64,000 bases of DNA from Gammaproteobacteria bacterium (GCA_004295005.1 SHNG01000017.1:15969-79968), one strand, 5' to 3'; counted from the first letter of the stretch, positions 1-9,565 are shown. The notes: a model not told the origin generated them from the sequence alone. Numbers and translations: made by a program.

Positions 1-1
1 C

Positions 2-1210
2 TTGCTGCTTGCCGCTTGCAGCCTGACTCCCGAGCGGCTGCAAACCGCACCGCGACCGACGCCACTGTTGCTGGTTTCCATTGATGGCTTTCGTGCCGAT
101 TACCTGGATCGCGGACTGACGCCGACGCTCAGTGCCCTGGCCGATGGCGGCGTGCGCGCCGAGTACATGCGGCCATCCTTTCCGTCGCTGACCTTTCCGA
201 ACCACTATGCGCTGATCACCGGGCTGCGACCCGACCACAGCGGCATCGTGGCAAACACGATGGAGGACAAACGAATACCCGACCAGAAATTCGCCTTGTG
301 GAATCGTGAAGCCGTGCAGGATCCGCGTTGGTGGAGCGCGGGCACTCCGCTGTGGACGACTGCGCAACGCCAGGGATTGAACTCGGGAATCATGTTCTGG
401 CCGGGCTCGGAGGCGCCGGTGGACGGAAAGCATGCCGAGTTCTGGTCGGTCTATGACAAGGCATTCTCCTCGCAGGCCCGCGTGGATCGTGTGCTTGGCT
501 GGCTCGACCTGCCGGAAACAACACGGCCCAGCCTGATCACCCTGTATCTGGATACGATCGATGTCGTTGGCCACCGCTTCGGCCCGGATTCAGCCGAACT
601 CAATCACGAACTGGGTGAAGTCGATGGCATCCTGCGCCGATTGCTGGATGGACTGCGCACTCGTGGGTTGCAAGAGGCGATCAACATCGTCGTGGTTTCC
701 GATCACGGCATGATGGCCACCTCGCCGGATCGGGTGATTTACCTGGATGACTTGCTGCCCGAGACCCATGCACGCGTCATCAGCTATGGCGTGTTGACCG
801 GAATCGAACCTTTGCGTGGTCATGGGCGAGACACGGAAGCCATCCTGCTGGCCAAGCACCCGCACATGCGCTGCTGGCGAAAACGCGAGTTGCCCGCCCG
901 GTTTCATTACGGAAGCAACCGGCGCATTCCGCCGTTGTTGTGCCTGGCAAATCGTGGCTGGACCATCTCCAGCCATGAAGCAGTGCAGGTGAAAAAACCG
1001 TTCTCCCTGGGCCAGCACGGCTACGACAATGATTTCCCGGAAATGCGCGCCATTTTCATTGCCAGTGGCCCGTCATTCCGCACGCACTCGGTCGTACCAC
1101 CCTTTGACAACGTGGATGTCTACCCGCTGCTCACCTACCTGCTTGGCATCAAGCCAGAGCCAAACGATGGTGACTTGTCGAAGGTGCGCAACACCCTCGC
1201 TCCACATTGA
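2..1210 (+). CDS. Nucleotide pyrophosphatase/phosphodiesterase (alkaline phosphatase superfamily) lipoprotein, 5' end truncated by window
   Basis: LLVSIDGFRADY, catalytic Thr motif PSLTFPNHY, VVVSDHGM, GQHGYDN; lipobox-like LAAC at N-terminus. Confidence 0.9.
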   Translation: MLLAACSLTPERLQTAPRPTPLLLVSIDGFRADYLDRGLTPTLSALADGGVRAEYMRPSFPSLTFPNHYALITGLRPDHSGIVANTMEDKRIPDQKFALWNREAVQDPRWWSAGTPLWTTAQRQGLNSGIMFWPGSEAPVDGKHAEFWSVYDKAFSSQARVDRVLGWLDLPETTRPSLITLYLDTIDVVGHRFGPDSAELNHELGEVDGILRRLLDGLRTRGLQEAINIVVVSDHGMMATSPDRVIYLDDLLPETHARVISYGVLTGIEPLRGHGRDTEAILLAKHPHMRCWRKRELPARFHYGSNRRIPPLLCLANRGWTISSHEAVQVKKPFSLGQHGYDNDFPEMRAIFIASGPSFRTHSVVPPFDNVDVYPLLTYLLGIKPEPNDGDLSKVRNTLAPH

Positions 1211-1215
1211 TGGCA

Positions 1216-2628
1216 TCAATCGACAAGCCGCTTGATCGCGGCTCGGTAATCGCTCGCCACCTGATCTTCGTTGCGATGGCGAAATTCCTGCACGCACCAT
1301 TGGCCATTCACCATCACGTCGCGGACCAGGTTTGCGTTGCCGGCAAACAACCAGGTATCGAGCAGATTGTCGGCCTCGCGTCCCGCGAGCAGTGGCGAGG
1401 CATCGTCCAGAACCAGCAGGTCCGCCCGCTGCCGCTGGCTGGTTGCAGCAGAGGTCGACTCGCCCAGGCATCCCAAAGATACGCCTGAGGCAAGCGTTCC
1501 TCCGCGCAAGGCATTGGCAAACAGTACCTCACCGGTGCTTGGCTGTTGCCCATTCGCGCTGATGTTGCGCCGACGCGTGACCAGCCTTTGTGCATATTCC
1601 AACCAGCGCAGCTCCTCGACGGGCGAGATCGAGATGTGACTGTCGGAACCGATGCCGAAGGTGCCACCCGGTTCCAGCCAGCGCTGCAGCGGAAAAATCC
1701 CGTCGCCCAGATTCGCCTCGGTGGTCGGACACAGACCGATCACTGCACCGGTGGCCGCCAGCTTGCGCATTTCCGCGTCTTCCATGTGGGTGGCATGAAC
1801 GAGGGTCCAGCGCGAATTCACCGGGGCATGATCCAGCAGCCATTCAACCGGACGTGCATTGCGCACCGCCAGGCAGTCCTGCACCTCGCCGATCTGCTCG
1901 GCGATGTGGATATGAATGGGCATGCTGTCGGCAGGTCCATGCACGGACGCGGCCATCGCAGCGAGGCCTTCCAGCACTGCGCGCATGGCATCTTCGGGAA
2001 CGGCACGCAATGAATGCAGGGCTACGCCAATGCGCAACTGGGCGTTCTCCAGCGAACGCAGGCGCTCGACCAAGCGCAGGAAACCATCCACATCATGCGC
2101 AAAGCGGCGCTGTCGGTCGGCAAGTGCGCGGCCATCAAAACCGCCGGTCATGTACAGGGTGGGCAACAAGGTAAGGCCGATGCCCGTGGCCTTGGCTGCT
2201 TCGATCAGGACCAACGACATGGCCGCGGGATCCGCGTACGCCCTGCCGTCGGGTTGATGGTGCAGATAGTGGAATTCACAAACCTGGGTGTAGCCGGCTT
2301 TCAACATCTCCACGTACAACTGGCTTGCGATGGCGAACAAGTCGTCCGGCCCAAGCTTGCCGGCAAACGCGTACATGACTTCGCGCCAGGTCCAGAAACT
2401 GTCGGCCGGATTGCCTCGGCGCTCGGCCAATCCGGCCATGGCGCGCTGGAATGCATGCGAATGCAGGTTGGGCATGCCCGGAACGACCCAACGACCGAGA
2501 CCGTGCGCAGTTTGCGTGCTGGTTGCAGCCCGGCCCAGGAATTGCCCTGCCTCCACTTCGAAGTAGGCATTCTTCTGCCAACCATCTGCAAACCACGCAT
2601 TGCCGGCATGAAAGGTACGACTGGCCAT
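1216..2628 (-). CDS. hutF: Formimidoylglutamate deiminase
   Basis: PGMPNLHSHAFQRAMAG, EFHYLHH, HIHIAEQ, CPTTEANLGDG, IGSDSH motifs; start placed at ATG 2628 behind GGAG; divergent from hutI. Confidence 0.93.
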   Translation of the reverse strand: MASRTFHAGNAWFADGWQKNAYFEVEAGQFLGRAATSTQTAHGLGRWVVPGMPNLHSHAFQRAMAGLAERRGNPADSFWTWREVMYAFAGKLGPDDLFAIASQLYVEMLKAGYTQVCEFHYLHHQPDGRAYADPAAMSLVLIEAAKATGIGLTLLPTLYMTGGFDGRALADRQRRFAHDVDGFLRLVERLRSLENAQLRIGVALHSLRAVPEDAMRAVLEGLAAMAASVHGPADSMPIHIHIAEQIGEVQDCLAVRNARPVEWLLDHAPVNSRWTLVHATHMEDAEMRKLAATGAVIGLCPTTEANLGDGIFPLQRWLEPGGTFGIGSDSHISISPVEELRWLEYAQRLVTRRRNISANGQQPSTGEVLFANALRGGTLASGVSLGCLGESTSAATSQRQRADLLVLDDASPLLAGREADNLLDTWLFAGNANLVRDVMVNGQWCVQEFRHRNEDQVASDYRAAIKRLVD

Positions 2629-2709
2629 GAATCCAACTCCCGCAGATGACGATGCATTATCCCGGGCGGCGCCGGGTGCGGGAAGCGTGATCATGCATTT
2701 GCCGATGCA

Positions 2710-2719
2710 GGTCGAGACA
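2710..2719. promoter_or_regulatory. Possible HutC operator in hutF/hutI divergent region
   Basis: GGTCGAGACA resembles the HutC-type TGT[AC]TAGACA palindrome (2 mismatches) and lies just upstream of an extended -10 (TGcAATAAT 2724-2732); weak match. Confidence 0.3.
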
Positions 2720-2738
2720 GGTCTGCAATAATCGACCC

Positions 2739-3989
2739 ATGAGCAAGCAAGCAGATAGCGGACTTTGGGACGGCCTTGTGGTCGATTGCCAACTGGCCAC
2801 CCTGGTCGGTGAACAGGGCGTGGGCCTGATCGAACATGCAGCCATTGGCTGGAAGGATGGCCGCATCATGTTTGCCGATGCGATGTCCGCCCTGCCCGAC
2901 CAGCCGCAGGCCTTGTCTGACCGGGTCGAATCCGCGCAGCGGAAGCTGGTCACGCCGGGATTGATCGACTGCCACACCCATCTGGTTTTTGGCGGCAACC
3001 GCGCGCACGAATTCGATCTGCGCCTGCAAGGGGCAAGCTATGAGGCCATCGCGCGCGCAGGCGGAGGCATTGCATCGACAGTGAGCCAGACCCGCAGCCT
3101 GGACGACGATGCGCTGTTGGCTGCATCCATGCCACGCACGCGCGCACTGATCGCCGATGGCGTTACCACCCTTGAAATCAAGTCCGGGTATGGACTGGAT
3201 CTGGAAAACGAACTCAAGATGCTGCGGGTGGCACGCAAACTCGGCTCGCAATTGGGAATCGACGTGCGCACCACCTTCCTCGGCGCCCATGCGGTTCCTG
3301 TCGAATTCTCCGGCCGTCAGGATGCCTACGTTGATTTAGTTTGCGAGGAGATGTTGCCCGCCGTGGCCAACAGCGGGCTTGCCGATGCGGTGGATGCCTT
3401 CTGCGAATCAATCGGATTCACGCCTGCGCAGACCCGTCGCGTATTCGAGTGCGCAAGGTCGTTGGGTCTGCCGGTCAAGCTGCATGCGGACCAATTGTCG
3501 GACCTGGGAGGAGCTGCGCTCAGCGCAGAGTTTGCTGGACTTTCAGCCGACCACATCGAGCACACCAACCTCGATGGTGTCCGCGCAATGGCCGCCGCGG
3601 GCACTGTCGCCGTGTTGCTGCCGGGAGCGTTCTACGCCTTGCGCGACACCCAATTGCCGCCGATTGCCGAACTTCGCGAACACGGCGTGCCGATCGCCGT
3701 TGCCACCGATCTCAATCCGGGAACCTCTCCGCTATTGTCGCTGCGCCTGGCCATGAACATGGCCTGCACCCTGTTCCGCCTGACCCCGGACGAAGCCTTG
3801 CGCGGAACTACGGTCAACGCGGCAAAAGCCCTGGGCCTGACCGACCGCGGCCGACTGGCATCCGGAATGCGCGCGGATTTCGTCATCTGGAATGTCGGAA
3901 AGCCCGCCGACCTCTGCTACTGGATCGGCGGATCACTGGCCGAAAAAGTGTTTGTACGCGGCGAACCGCTGTCGAGATGGCCAGGCTGA
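2739..3989 (+). CDS. hutI: Imidazolonepropionase
   Basis: [41 protein letters not shown] motifs. Confidence 0.95.
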   Translation: MSKQADSGLWDGLVVDCQLATLVGEQGVGLIEHAAIGWKDGRIMFADAMSALPDQPQALSDRVESAQRKLVTPGLIDCHTHLVFGGNRAHEFDLRLQGASYEAIARAGGGIASTVSQTRSLDDDALLAASMPRTRALIADGVTTLEIKSGYGLDLENELKMLRVARKLGSQLGIDVRTTFLGAHAVPVEFSGRQDAYVDLVCEEMLPAVANSGLADAVDAFCESIGFTPAQTRRVFECARSLGLPVKLHADQLSDLGGAALSAEFAGLSADHIEHTNLDGVRAMAAAGTVAVLLPGAFYALRDTQLPPIAELREHGVPIAVATDLNPGTSPLLSLRLAMNMACTLFRLTPDEALRGTTVNAAKALGLTDRGRLASGMRADFVIWNVGKPADLCYWIGGSLAEKVFVRGEPLSRWPG

Positions 3990-4996
3990 TGTCGATCCGC
4001 ACCGCGCCTGTGTCCAGGCCAATCGGGCTTGCCCTGCAGGGTGGCGGTGCCCACGGTGCGTTTACCTGGGGTGTGCTGGATCGCTTGCTGCAGGAGGAAT
4101 CAATCAGCGTCGAGGCAATCAGTGGAACCAGCAGCGGCGCATTGAATGGATTGGCTCTCGCCCAGGGCTGGATGGAGGGTGGTCGCGAGGGTGCACGCCG
4201 TTGCCTCGCCGACCTCTGGCGGCGTATTGCTTCACACAGCCATGCCGCGGCCTGGATCTTCGGTTCACGCATCTTGGCCAAGCAGGCCGATGCCCGGAAT
4301 CTGCATCGCTACTTCACGCCTCGCCAGATCAATCCGCTCAATTTCAATCCCGTGCGGCAAATCGCCGAAGCCATGTTCGATTTCGAGCGCTTGCGCGTGC
4401 AATCGCCATTTCCGCTTTACATGGCAGCAACCCGGGTACGTGACGGCGCGCTGATGATGTTCGGTCCCGGGCAATTGAGTGTCGATGCCCTGCTTGCTTC
4501 AACCTGCCTGCCGCAGATATTCGCGCCGGTCACTGTGGAGGGCGAGGTCTATTGGGATGGCGGCTGGGCGGGGAATCCCGCGCTGGAACCGCTTCTGCAC
4601 GGTGAAGCAGGAACCATCCTGGCCGTGCTGGTTCGACCGCTGGATCACCAGGACATTCCGCGCACCCCGGAAAAGATCGCCACGCGCATGGCCGAACTGG
4701 GTTTCAGTGCCGCCTTCCAGCGAGAATTGCGATCACTGCTGCTGATCAGAAAAACACTCGGGCAAGCTCAAACGCTGTCGCCGCAGGGACAGCACATCAG
4801 GAATCTCTCCATCCAGTTGCTGGCTCCCGACTCCACGCTCGAGGCGTATCGTTCGATGACTGCCTTTGCCACGCCCATGGCGTTTCTTGCGGCATTGCGT
4901 GACCACGGCCAGGAGTGCACGCAGCGCTGGCTGCTCGATCCCGAATCCCATGCAGCATCCACGGACCTTCCCGCTCCGCAATACCCGTCTCGTTGA
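3989..4996 (+). CDS. Patatin-like phospholipase
   Basis: ALQGGGAHGAF, GTSSG nucleophile elbow, DGG motif (YWDGGWAGNP); ATG overlaps hutI stop (TGATG). Confidence 0.9.
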   Translation: MSIRTAPVSRPIGLALQGGGAHGAFTWGVLDRLLQEESISVEAISGTSSGALNGLALAQGWMEGGREGARRCLADLWRRIASHSHAAAWIFGSRILAKQADARNLHRYFTPRQINPLNFNPVRQIAEAMFDFERLRVQSPFPLYMAATRVRDGALMMFGPGQLSVDALLASTCLPQIFAPVTVEGEVYWDGGWAGNPALEPLLHGEAGTILAVLVRPLDHQDIPRTPEKIATRMAELGFSAAFQRELRSLLLIRKTLGQAQTLSPQGQHIRNLSIQLLAPDSTLEAYRSMTAFATPMAFLAALRDHGQECTQRWLLDPESHAASTDLPAPQYPSR

Positions 4997-5000
4997 AACG

Positions 5001-5026
5001 AAAAACCCCCGCCTGGGCGGGGGTTT
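5001..5026 (-). terminator. Rho-independent terminator between convergent patatin and thx (probably bidirectional)
   Basis: AAAAACCCCCGC-CTGG-GCGGGGGTTT hairpin with T-tract on the minus strand. Confidence 0.8.
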
Positions 5027-5051
5027 GCTCGAAACCGGAAATGGCTTCGTT

Positions 5052-5258
5052 TCAGGCGGCCGGCTTCTTCGCCGCGGCCTTCTTGGCCACGGTCGCCTTC
5101 TTGGCGGCGGGCTTGGCGGCAGGCTTGGCAGCCGACTTGGCGGGAGCGGCTGCCCCGGTCTTTGCAGCTACCGTGCTGCCGCCTGCATGCGGGCGTACGT
5201 TGCCGTAACTGCGGATAGCGATTTTGCCCTTGCGGGTCTTGCGGTCACCACGGCCCAT
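5052..5258 (-). CDS. thx: 30S ribosomal protein bTHX with Ala/Lys-rich C-terminal tail
   Basis: N-terminus MGRGDRKTRKGKIAIRSYGNVRP is the THX signature; AGAGG SD upstream; AAKP/AAKK repeats follow. Confidence 0.85.
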   Translation of the reverse strand: MGRGDRKTRKGKIAIRSYGNVRPHAGGSTVAAKTGAAAPAKSAAKPAAKPAAKKATVAKKAAAKKPAA

Positions 5259-5351
5259 CGGAGTTCCTCTAGAAGATTTGGCCAAGCAAAAGGGCGCAAA
5301 GAATAGCAGCGCGGGCGCAAATCGCAAGTCGAAGGCGACCGGACCTCATGC

Positions 5352-6278
5352 TCAGTCGCAACAATGCGCTTGCGGGCAGGCAGCCGACTCGACCTGGATG
5401 GTGGCGTGGGAGATGCCGAATTCGTGGCGCAGCAAGGACTGCAAACGGGCAAGGACTGCGTCCGTATTGCTGCCATCGACAAGCTGCGCGTGCAGTGTCG
5501 CCATGCGCCGACCGCCAGCCAGTTGCCATACATGCAAATGATGAACCCCGCAGATTCCTTCGACCCCGGCCTCCAGCCGCCGATTGAGTGCTTCGACATC
5601 GAAGCCCTCCGGCACGCCTTCGAGCAGGATGTGGGCGCTGCGTCGCAACAGGTGCCAGGCGCTGCGCAGGATCAGGGCCGATACCAGCAGCGAAATTGCC
5701 GGATCCGCCCACAACCAATCCAGATAGCGCACAACCAGGGCCGCTGTAACCGCGCCCAGCGATCCAAGAAGATCTCCGATCACATGCAAGCGGGCCGCAG
5801 CGGTGTTGAGATCGTCATGCTCATGCCCACCCAGAACCCGAAGCACAACGAGGTTGACCAGCAAACCGATGCAGGCCACCAGCAGCATGGTGCCGGACAG
5901 GATGGGCGCCGGCTCGAACAGGCGACTGATCGCCTCATACGCAATCCAGGCCACCAGCAGCAGTTGGGTCAGCGCATTGGTGTATCCGACCAGGACTTCC
6001 AGGCGCGCGTAGCCAAAGCTGCGCAAGGCATCGGCGGGCTTGCGAGCGAACCACGCACCCAACCAGGCGAACAACAATGCCGAGGCGTCCACCAGCATGT
6101 GGCCTGCGTCGGCCAGCAAGGCCAGCGAACCGGAAATCCAGCCACCGACCGCTTCCACGAACAAGGTGATCGAGGTCAGCGCAAAGGCGAACAACAATTT
6201 GCGCGAACGGCTTGCCTCCGGTGCATGCGGGTGGTGATCGTGGTGATCGCCTGCGTGGTGGGCGTGATCATGAGTCAT
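5352..6278 (-). CDS. Cation diffusion facilitator (ZitB/CzcD-like Zn/Co/Cd exporter)
   Basis: His-rich N-terminus (MTHDHAHHAGDHHDHH), SLALLADAGHM, HVIGDLLGS, HHLHVW, HATIQVE. Confidence 0.92.
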   Translation of the reverse strand: MTHDHAHHAGDHHDHHPHAPEASRSRKLLFAFALTSITLFVEAVGGWISGSLALLADAGHMLVDASALLFAWLGAWFARKPADALRSFGYARLEVLVGYTNALTQLLLVAWIAYEAISRLFEPAPILSGTMLLVACIGLLVNLVVLRVLGGHEHDDLNTAAARLHVIGDLLGSLGAVTAALVVRYLDWLWADPAISLLVSALILRSAWHLLRRSAHILLEGVPEGFDVEALNRRLEAGVEGICGVHHLHVWQLAGGRRMATLHAQLVDGSNTDAVLARLQSLLRHEFGISHATIQVESAACPQAHCCD

Positions 6279-6315
6279 GCAGCGGATGCTAGACAGCGTG
6301 CGCGGAGTTACACAA

Positions 6316-6759
6316 TCACGCCGGATGCCGGCAGTTCTCGTCATGCAAATGCACCGAGCCCAGGCGCAGGTTGGCCAGATGGGCCAATGCGACCAGGCTG
6401 CCACCACAACTGACCAATACAGCGTGCAGCACCGGAGAGCTGTGCAAGTCGATGATGATGCCGGTCACCAGCAAAACCACACCCGGCAGCAGCAACGCAA
6501 ACGCCGCCTTGCCCTGGTGCTTGCGGAAACCGAAGGTGAGTGAGGATGTCGCAAACAGGATCGCGCAGACGACGAACACCCGCTCGAACAGGTGGCTGGC
6601 CAGGAACCCGAGTCCCAGCGCCGGCAACAGTGCGACGACCAGTGGCAACGCCGCGCAATGCAGCGCGCAAACGAAAGATGCCGTCGCACCAATACGGTCG
6701 GTAAGTTGCGCCAGCCTTTCGTCTGGCGCGGACGCATTGGTGTCGGTACGGCTGTGCAT
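6316..6759 (-). CDS. MerC-domain membrane protein (putative metal transporter)
   Basis: DRIGATASFVCALHCAALP N-terminal Cys/His motif, four hydrophobic helices, GFRKH, AHLAN, His/Cys-rich C-terminus. Confidence 0.8.
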   Translation of the reverse strand: MHSRTDTNASAPDERLAQLTDRIGATASFVCALHCAALPLVVALLPALGLGFLASHLFERVFVVCAILFATSSLTFGFRKHQGKAAFALLLPGVVLLVTGIIIDLHSSPVLHAVLVSCGGSLVALAHLANLRLGSVHLHDENCRHPA

Positions 6760-6762
6760 GAT

Positions 6763-6777
6763 CGATATTATGTAACA
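6763..6777. promoter_or_regulatory. Degenerate Zur-like box overlapping the -10 (CATAAT, minus strand) of the merC-like gene
   Basis: CGATATTATGTAACA vs TGTTATANTATAACA; right half-site well conserved. Confidence 0.5.
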
Positions 6778-6861
6778 GTTTGTTTTGCTTGTTCAGCCGT
6801 TCTGCCTGGCGTTTTTCCCGCCGGTATTGGGGCGAAATGTATGGGTGATTTCGGGAGGATG

Positions 6862-6880
6862 AATGATACACTATAACATT
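6862..6880. promoter_or_regulatory. Zur box upstream of the TonB-dependent receptor
   Basis: AATGATACACTATAACATT matches AATGTTATANTATAACATT with 2 mismatches; AT-rich island in GC-rich DNA. Confidence 0.8.
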
Positions 6881-6906
6881 CCACCCAGCCCAGTCCGGGA
6901 ACATCC

Positions 6907-8934
6907 GTGCCATATCCACGACTTGCCCTTGCCATCTTGGCAATTCTCGTCAGCCCCGGCTTGCCTGCCCAGGCAGCCTCGAATCCCGCAGACACCGCGC
7001 CACCAAAAACGGAGCAGGCCGAACGCAGTGGAGCCCATCCGGGAACCGACAACAACGCGGAAGAACTGAGGACGGTCATCGTCACCGCCATTCCCGGCCA
7101 GCAGGATGCCAACAAGACCATCAGCCCGGTGAGTGTGCTGGCAGGAACGGAACTGGATGCGGCACGCGCAACCACACTTGGCCAGACTGTCTCCGGCGTT
7201 CCCGGGGTCCAGACCAGCGCATTTGGCGCAGGCGCCGGACGTCCAGTCATCCGCGGTGCCGATGGCCCCCGGGTTTCGCTTCTCAGCAACGGCCTGGGCA
7301 CGCAGGATGTCTCCAGCGTCAGCCAGGACCATGCGATTTCCCTTGAGCCCTTTCTCGCTGACCAGATAGAGATTCTCAAGGGACCTTCCACCTTGCTGTT
7401 CGGCTCGGGCGCCATTGGCGGCGTGATCAACGTGGTTGATGGACGCATCCCGGATCGCGCCCCCGAAAATGGCCTGCAAGGACGATTGCAACTCGGCCAC
7501 GACACCGTTTCCGATGGCAACGTACAAATGTTCCGCGTCGATACAGGTACACAGGGCTTCGTGCTGCACGCCGACGGCCTCAATCGCGAAAACGGCAACT
7601 ACTCGGTTCCGGGAGGCACATTGGCCAACAGTTTCGTGCGCACCAAGGCGGGCGCGCTGGGCGCATCCTGGCTCGGTGAACGGGGCTATCTCGGCGTATC
7701 AGTTTCACGCTTTCTCGATGTTTATGGCAACCCGGCCGAGCCCGGCGATCCTGCCGAGGGCGAGCCTGCCGTTCGCGTGCAAGTGGAGCAAACCCGCGAG
7801 GAGCTCAAGGGCGTGCTGCGTTCCCCGTTTGCGGGATTGGAGCGGGCCGAGTTGAGTTTTGGCCACACCAGTTACCAACATGTCGAGCTTGAAGGCGACG
7901 AAGTCGGCACGAGGTTTGTCAACCACGCCAACGAGGCTCGCCTGCTGCTTAGCCATGCGCCACTGGCAGGCTGGCAAGGCGCATTTGGATTGCAAGGATT
8001 CGATCGTGCGTTCAAGGCTGTTGGCGATGAATCGTTTGTTCCGCCGACGACCAGCAAGGGAATGGGACTTTTCCTCACCGAACAACGCGTGTTCGGCAAA
8101 TTCAAGGTCGAACTGGGTGCGCGTGCCGACCGCCAGAGCAGCACTTCGCAAGCCGGCGCGCGGCGTGATTTCCACCCCTTGAGCCTGGCGGCCGGTCTGT
8201 CGTGGCGCCTCGATGACGTTTGGCACCTGACCTTCAACCTGGACCGCGCCCAGCGCGCTCCAGCCGAGGAGGAGCTGTTTGCCCATGGTCCGCACCTTGC
8301 TTCGGCCACCTACGAAATCGGCGATTCGGCGCTGGCCAAGGAAACCGCGAACCAGATGGAAGCTGGACTGCATTTCCATGGCGACTGGGTGGACGCCAAA
8401 GTGGCCGCGTTCGTCAACCGATATTCCGATTTCATCTACCTGGCCGAAACCGGAGAAGTCGAAGATGACTTGCCGGTTCGCCTGTGGTCACAGGCAGACG
8501 CGAAGTTCAGGGGTGGTGAAGCAGAAGTCACCCTGCATTTGAGCAACAATCCCGGCGGTCACTACGATCTGCGATTCTGGGGCGATGCCGTGCATGCCAG
8601 GTTGAAGGACGGCAGCAACCTGCCGCGCATACCGGCGGCACGGATTGGCAGCACCTTGAGCTGGAAAAATGAATTCTGGCGCGCAAGCCTTGGCGCCATG
8701 CATTACTTCAAGCAGAACCGCACCGCCCCACTGGAATCGACCACCAGCGGTTTCACCCTGCTCAACGCGCATCTGGCATGGAATTTCTTCAGCAATGACC
8801 GCTCCGACTGGGAAGCATTTCTCGACGCCGACAACCTGGGCAATCAAACAGCCCGGCTTTCGAATTCACTGATCAAGGATCTTGCCCCGCTGCCCGGCCG
8901 CAATTTCAGCGTCGGAATTCGCAGCATGTTTTAG
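6907..8934 (+). CDS. TonB-dependent outer-membrane receptor, ZnuD-like (probable zinc uptake)
   Basis: Signal peptide, TonB box (TVIVTA), plug motifs GRPVIRG/DHAI/IEILKGPSTLLFGSGAIGGVIN, ELFAHGPHLA, C-terminal Phe; Zur box upstream. Confidence 0.9.
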   Translation: MPYPRLALAILAILVSPGLPAQAASNPADTAPPKTEQAERSGAHPGTDNNAEELRTVIVTAIPGQQDANKTISPVSVLAGTELDAARATTLGQTVSGVPGVQTSAFGAGAGRPVIRGADGPRVSLLSNGLGTQDVSSVSQDHAISLEPFLADQIEILKGPSTLLFGSGAIGGVINVVDGRIPDRAPENGLQGRLQLGHDTVSDGNVQMFRVDTGTQGFVLHADGLNRENGNYSVPGGTLANSFVRTKAGALGASWLGERGYLGVSVSRFLDVYGNPAEPGDPAEGEPAVRVQVEQTREELKGVLRSPFAGLERAELSFGHTSYQHVELEGDEVGTRFVNHANEARLLLSHAPLAGWQGAFGLQGFDRAFKAVGDESFVPPTTSKGMGLFLTEQRVFGKFKVELGARADRQSSTSQAGARRDFHPLSLAAGLSWRLDDVWHLTFNLDRAQRAPAEEELFAHGPHLASATYEIGDSALAKETANQMEAGLHFHGDWVDAKVAAFVNRYSDFIYLAETGEVEDDLPVRLWSQADAKFRGGEAEVTLHLSNNPGGHYDLRFWGDAVHARLKDGSNLPRIPAARIGSTLSWKNEFWRASLGAMHYFKQNRTAPLESTTSGFTLLNAHLAWNFFSNDRSDWEAFLDADNLGNQTARLSNSLIKDLAPLPGRNFSVGIRSMF

Positions 8935-9044
8935 GGAAACTCTGAACAAGTATGGAACTCATTCGTCGCGAGCAAGCTCGCTCCCTCAAAATCAAGCAAT
9001 GGTGGGAGCGAGCTTGCTCGCGACAATACTTGTTCAGACCTTCC
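8935..9044 (+). mobile_element. 110-bp MITE, copy 1 (IS5-like terminal inverted repeats enclosing a REP doublet)
   Basis: Ends GGAAACTCTGAACAAG ... CTTGTTCAGACCTTCC; internal 21-bp perfect inverted repeat 8965-8985/9004-9024; two further copies in window. Confidence 0.8.
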
Positions 9045-9082
9045 TTGGGTCAACGCTGACCGGCGTTGCCCTGGATGGACAA

Positions 9083-9565
9083 TCAGTCGGTTTTGGTGAC
9101 ATCCCGGCACGCGGCGCAGACCCCATGAACTTCCAGGGTCTGCACGCGTGGCTTGAAGCCACGCTCACGTGCCTGTTCCCCGAGCAGGCGCGACACGCGT
9201 TCATCGCACAGCTCGAAGGCGCTGGCGCAGACGTCACAAATCAGAAACGGCACCTGGTGTGCTTCGTTGGGATGATGGCAGCCGACAAAGGCATTGATTG
9301 ACTCGAGCTTGTGGATGAAGCGGTTTTCCAGCAGGAAATCCAGCGCTCGATAAACCGTGGGCGGTGCGGCGCTGCCATGCTCACCCTTGAGGCGATCCAG
9401 CAGATCGTAGGCCTTGACCGGCTTTGATTCGGCCGCAATCAACTCCAGCACGCGCAAACGCAGGGGCGTCAAGCGCAAGCCACGCAGCTCGCAGGCACTG
9501 GCGACCGCCGCGACAAAGGCATCGGCATCGTGTGCGTGTTCGTGATGTTGACTGGGTTGTGCCAT
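9083..9565 (-). CDS. zur: Fur-family transcriptional regulator, Zur-like
   Basis: LRLTPLR, KAYDLL, PPTVYRALDFL, FLICDVC and EVHGVCAAC Zn sites; His-rich N-terminus; adjacent Zur boxes and zinc genes. Confidence 0.85.
   Translation of the reverse strand: MAQPSQHHEHAHDADAFVAAVASACELRGLRLTPLRLRVLELIAAESKPVKAYDLLDRLKGEHGSAAPPTVYRALDFLLENRFIHKLESINAFVGCHHPNEAHQVPFLICDVCASAFELCDERVSRLLGEQARERGFKPRVQTLEVHGVCAACRDVTKTD

Noticed and set aside
3341-3988. Upstream extensions in the ORF track (patatin from 3341, ALS from 50584, hypothetical from 55503, DLH from 62592)
   Set aside because: They overlap other genes or repeats; homology and SD-supported starts lie downstream.
6316-6759. Mercury-resistance operon
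   Set aside because: No merR, merA, merT or merP; the context is zinc-related.
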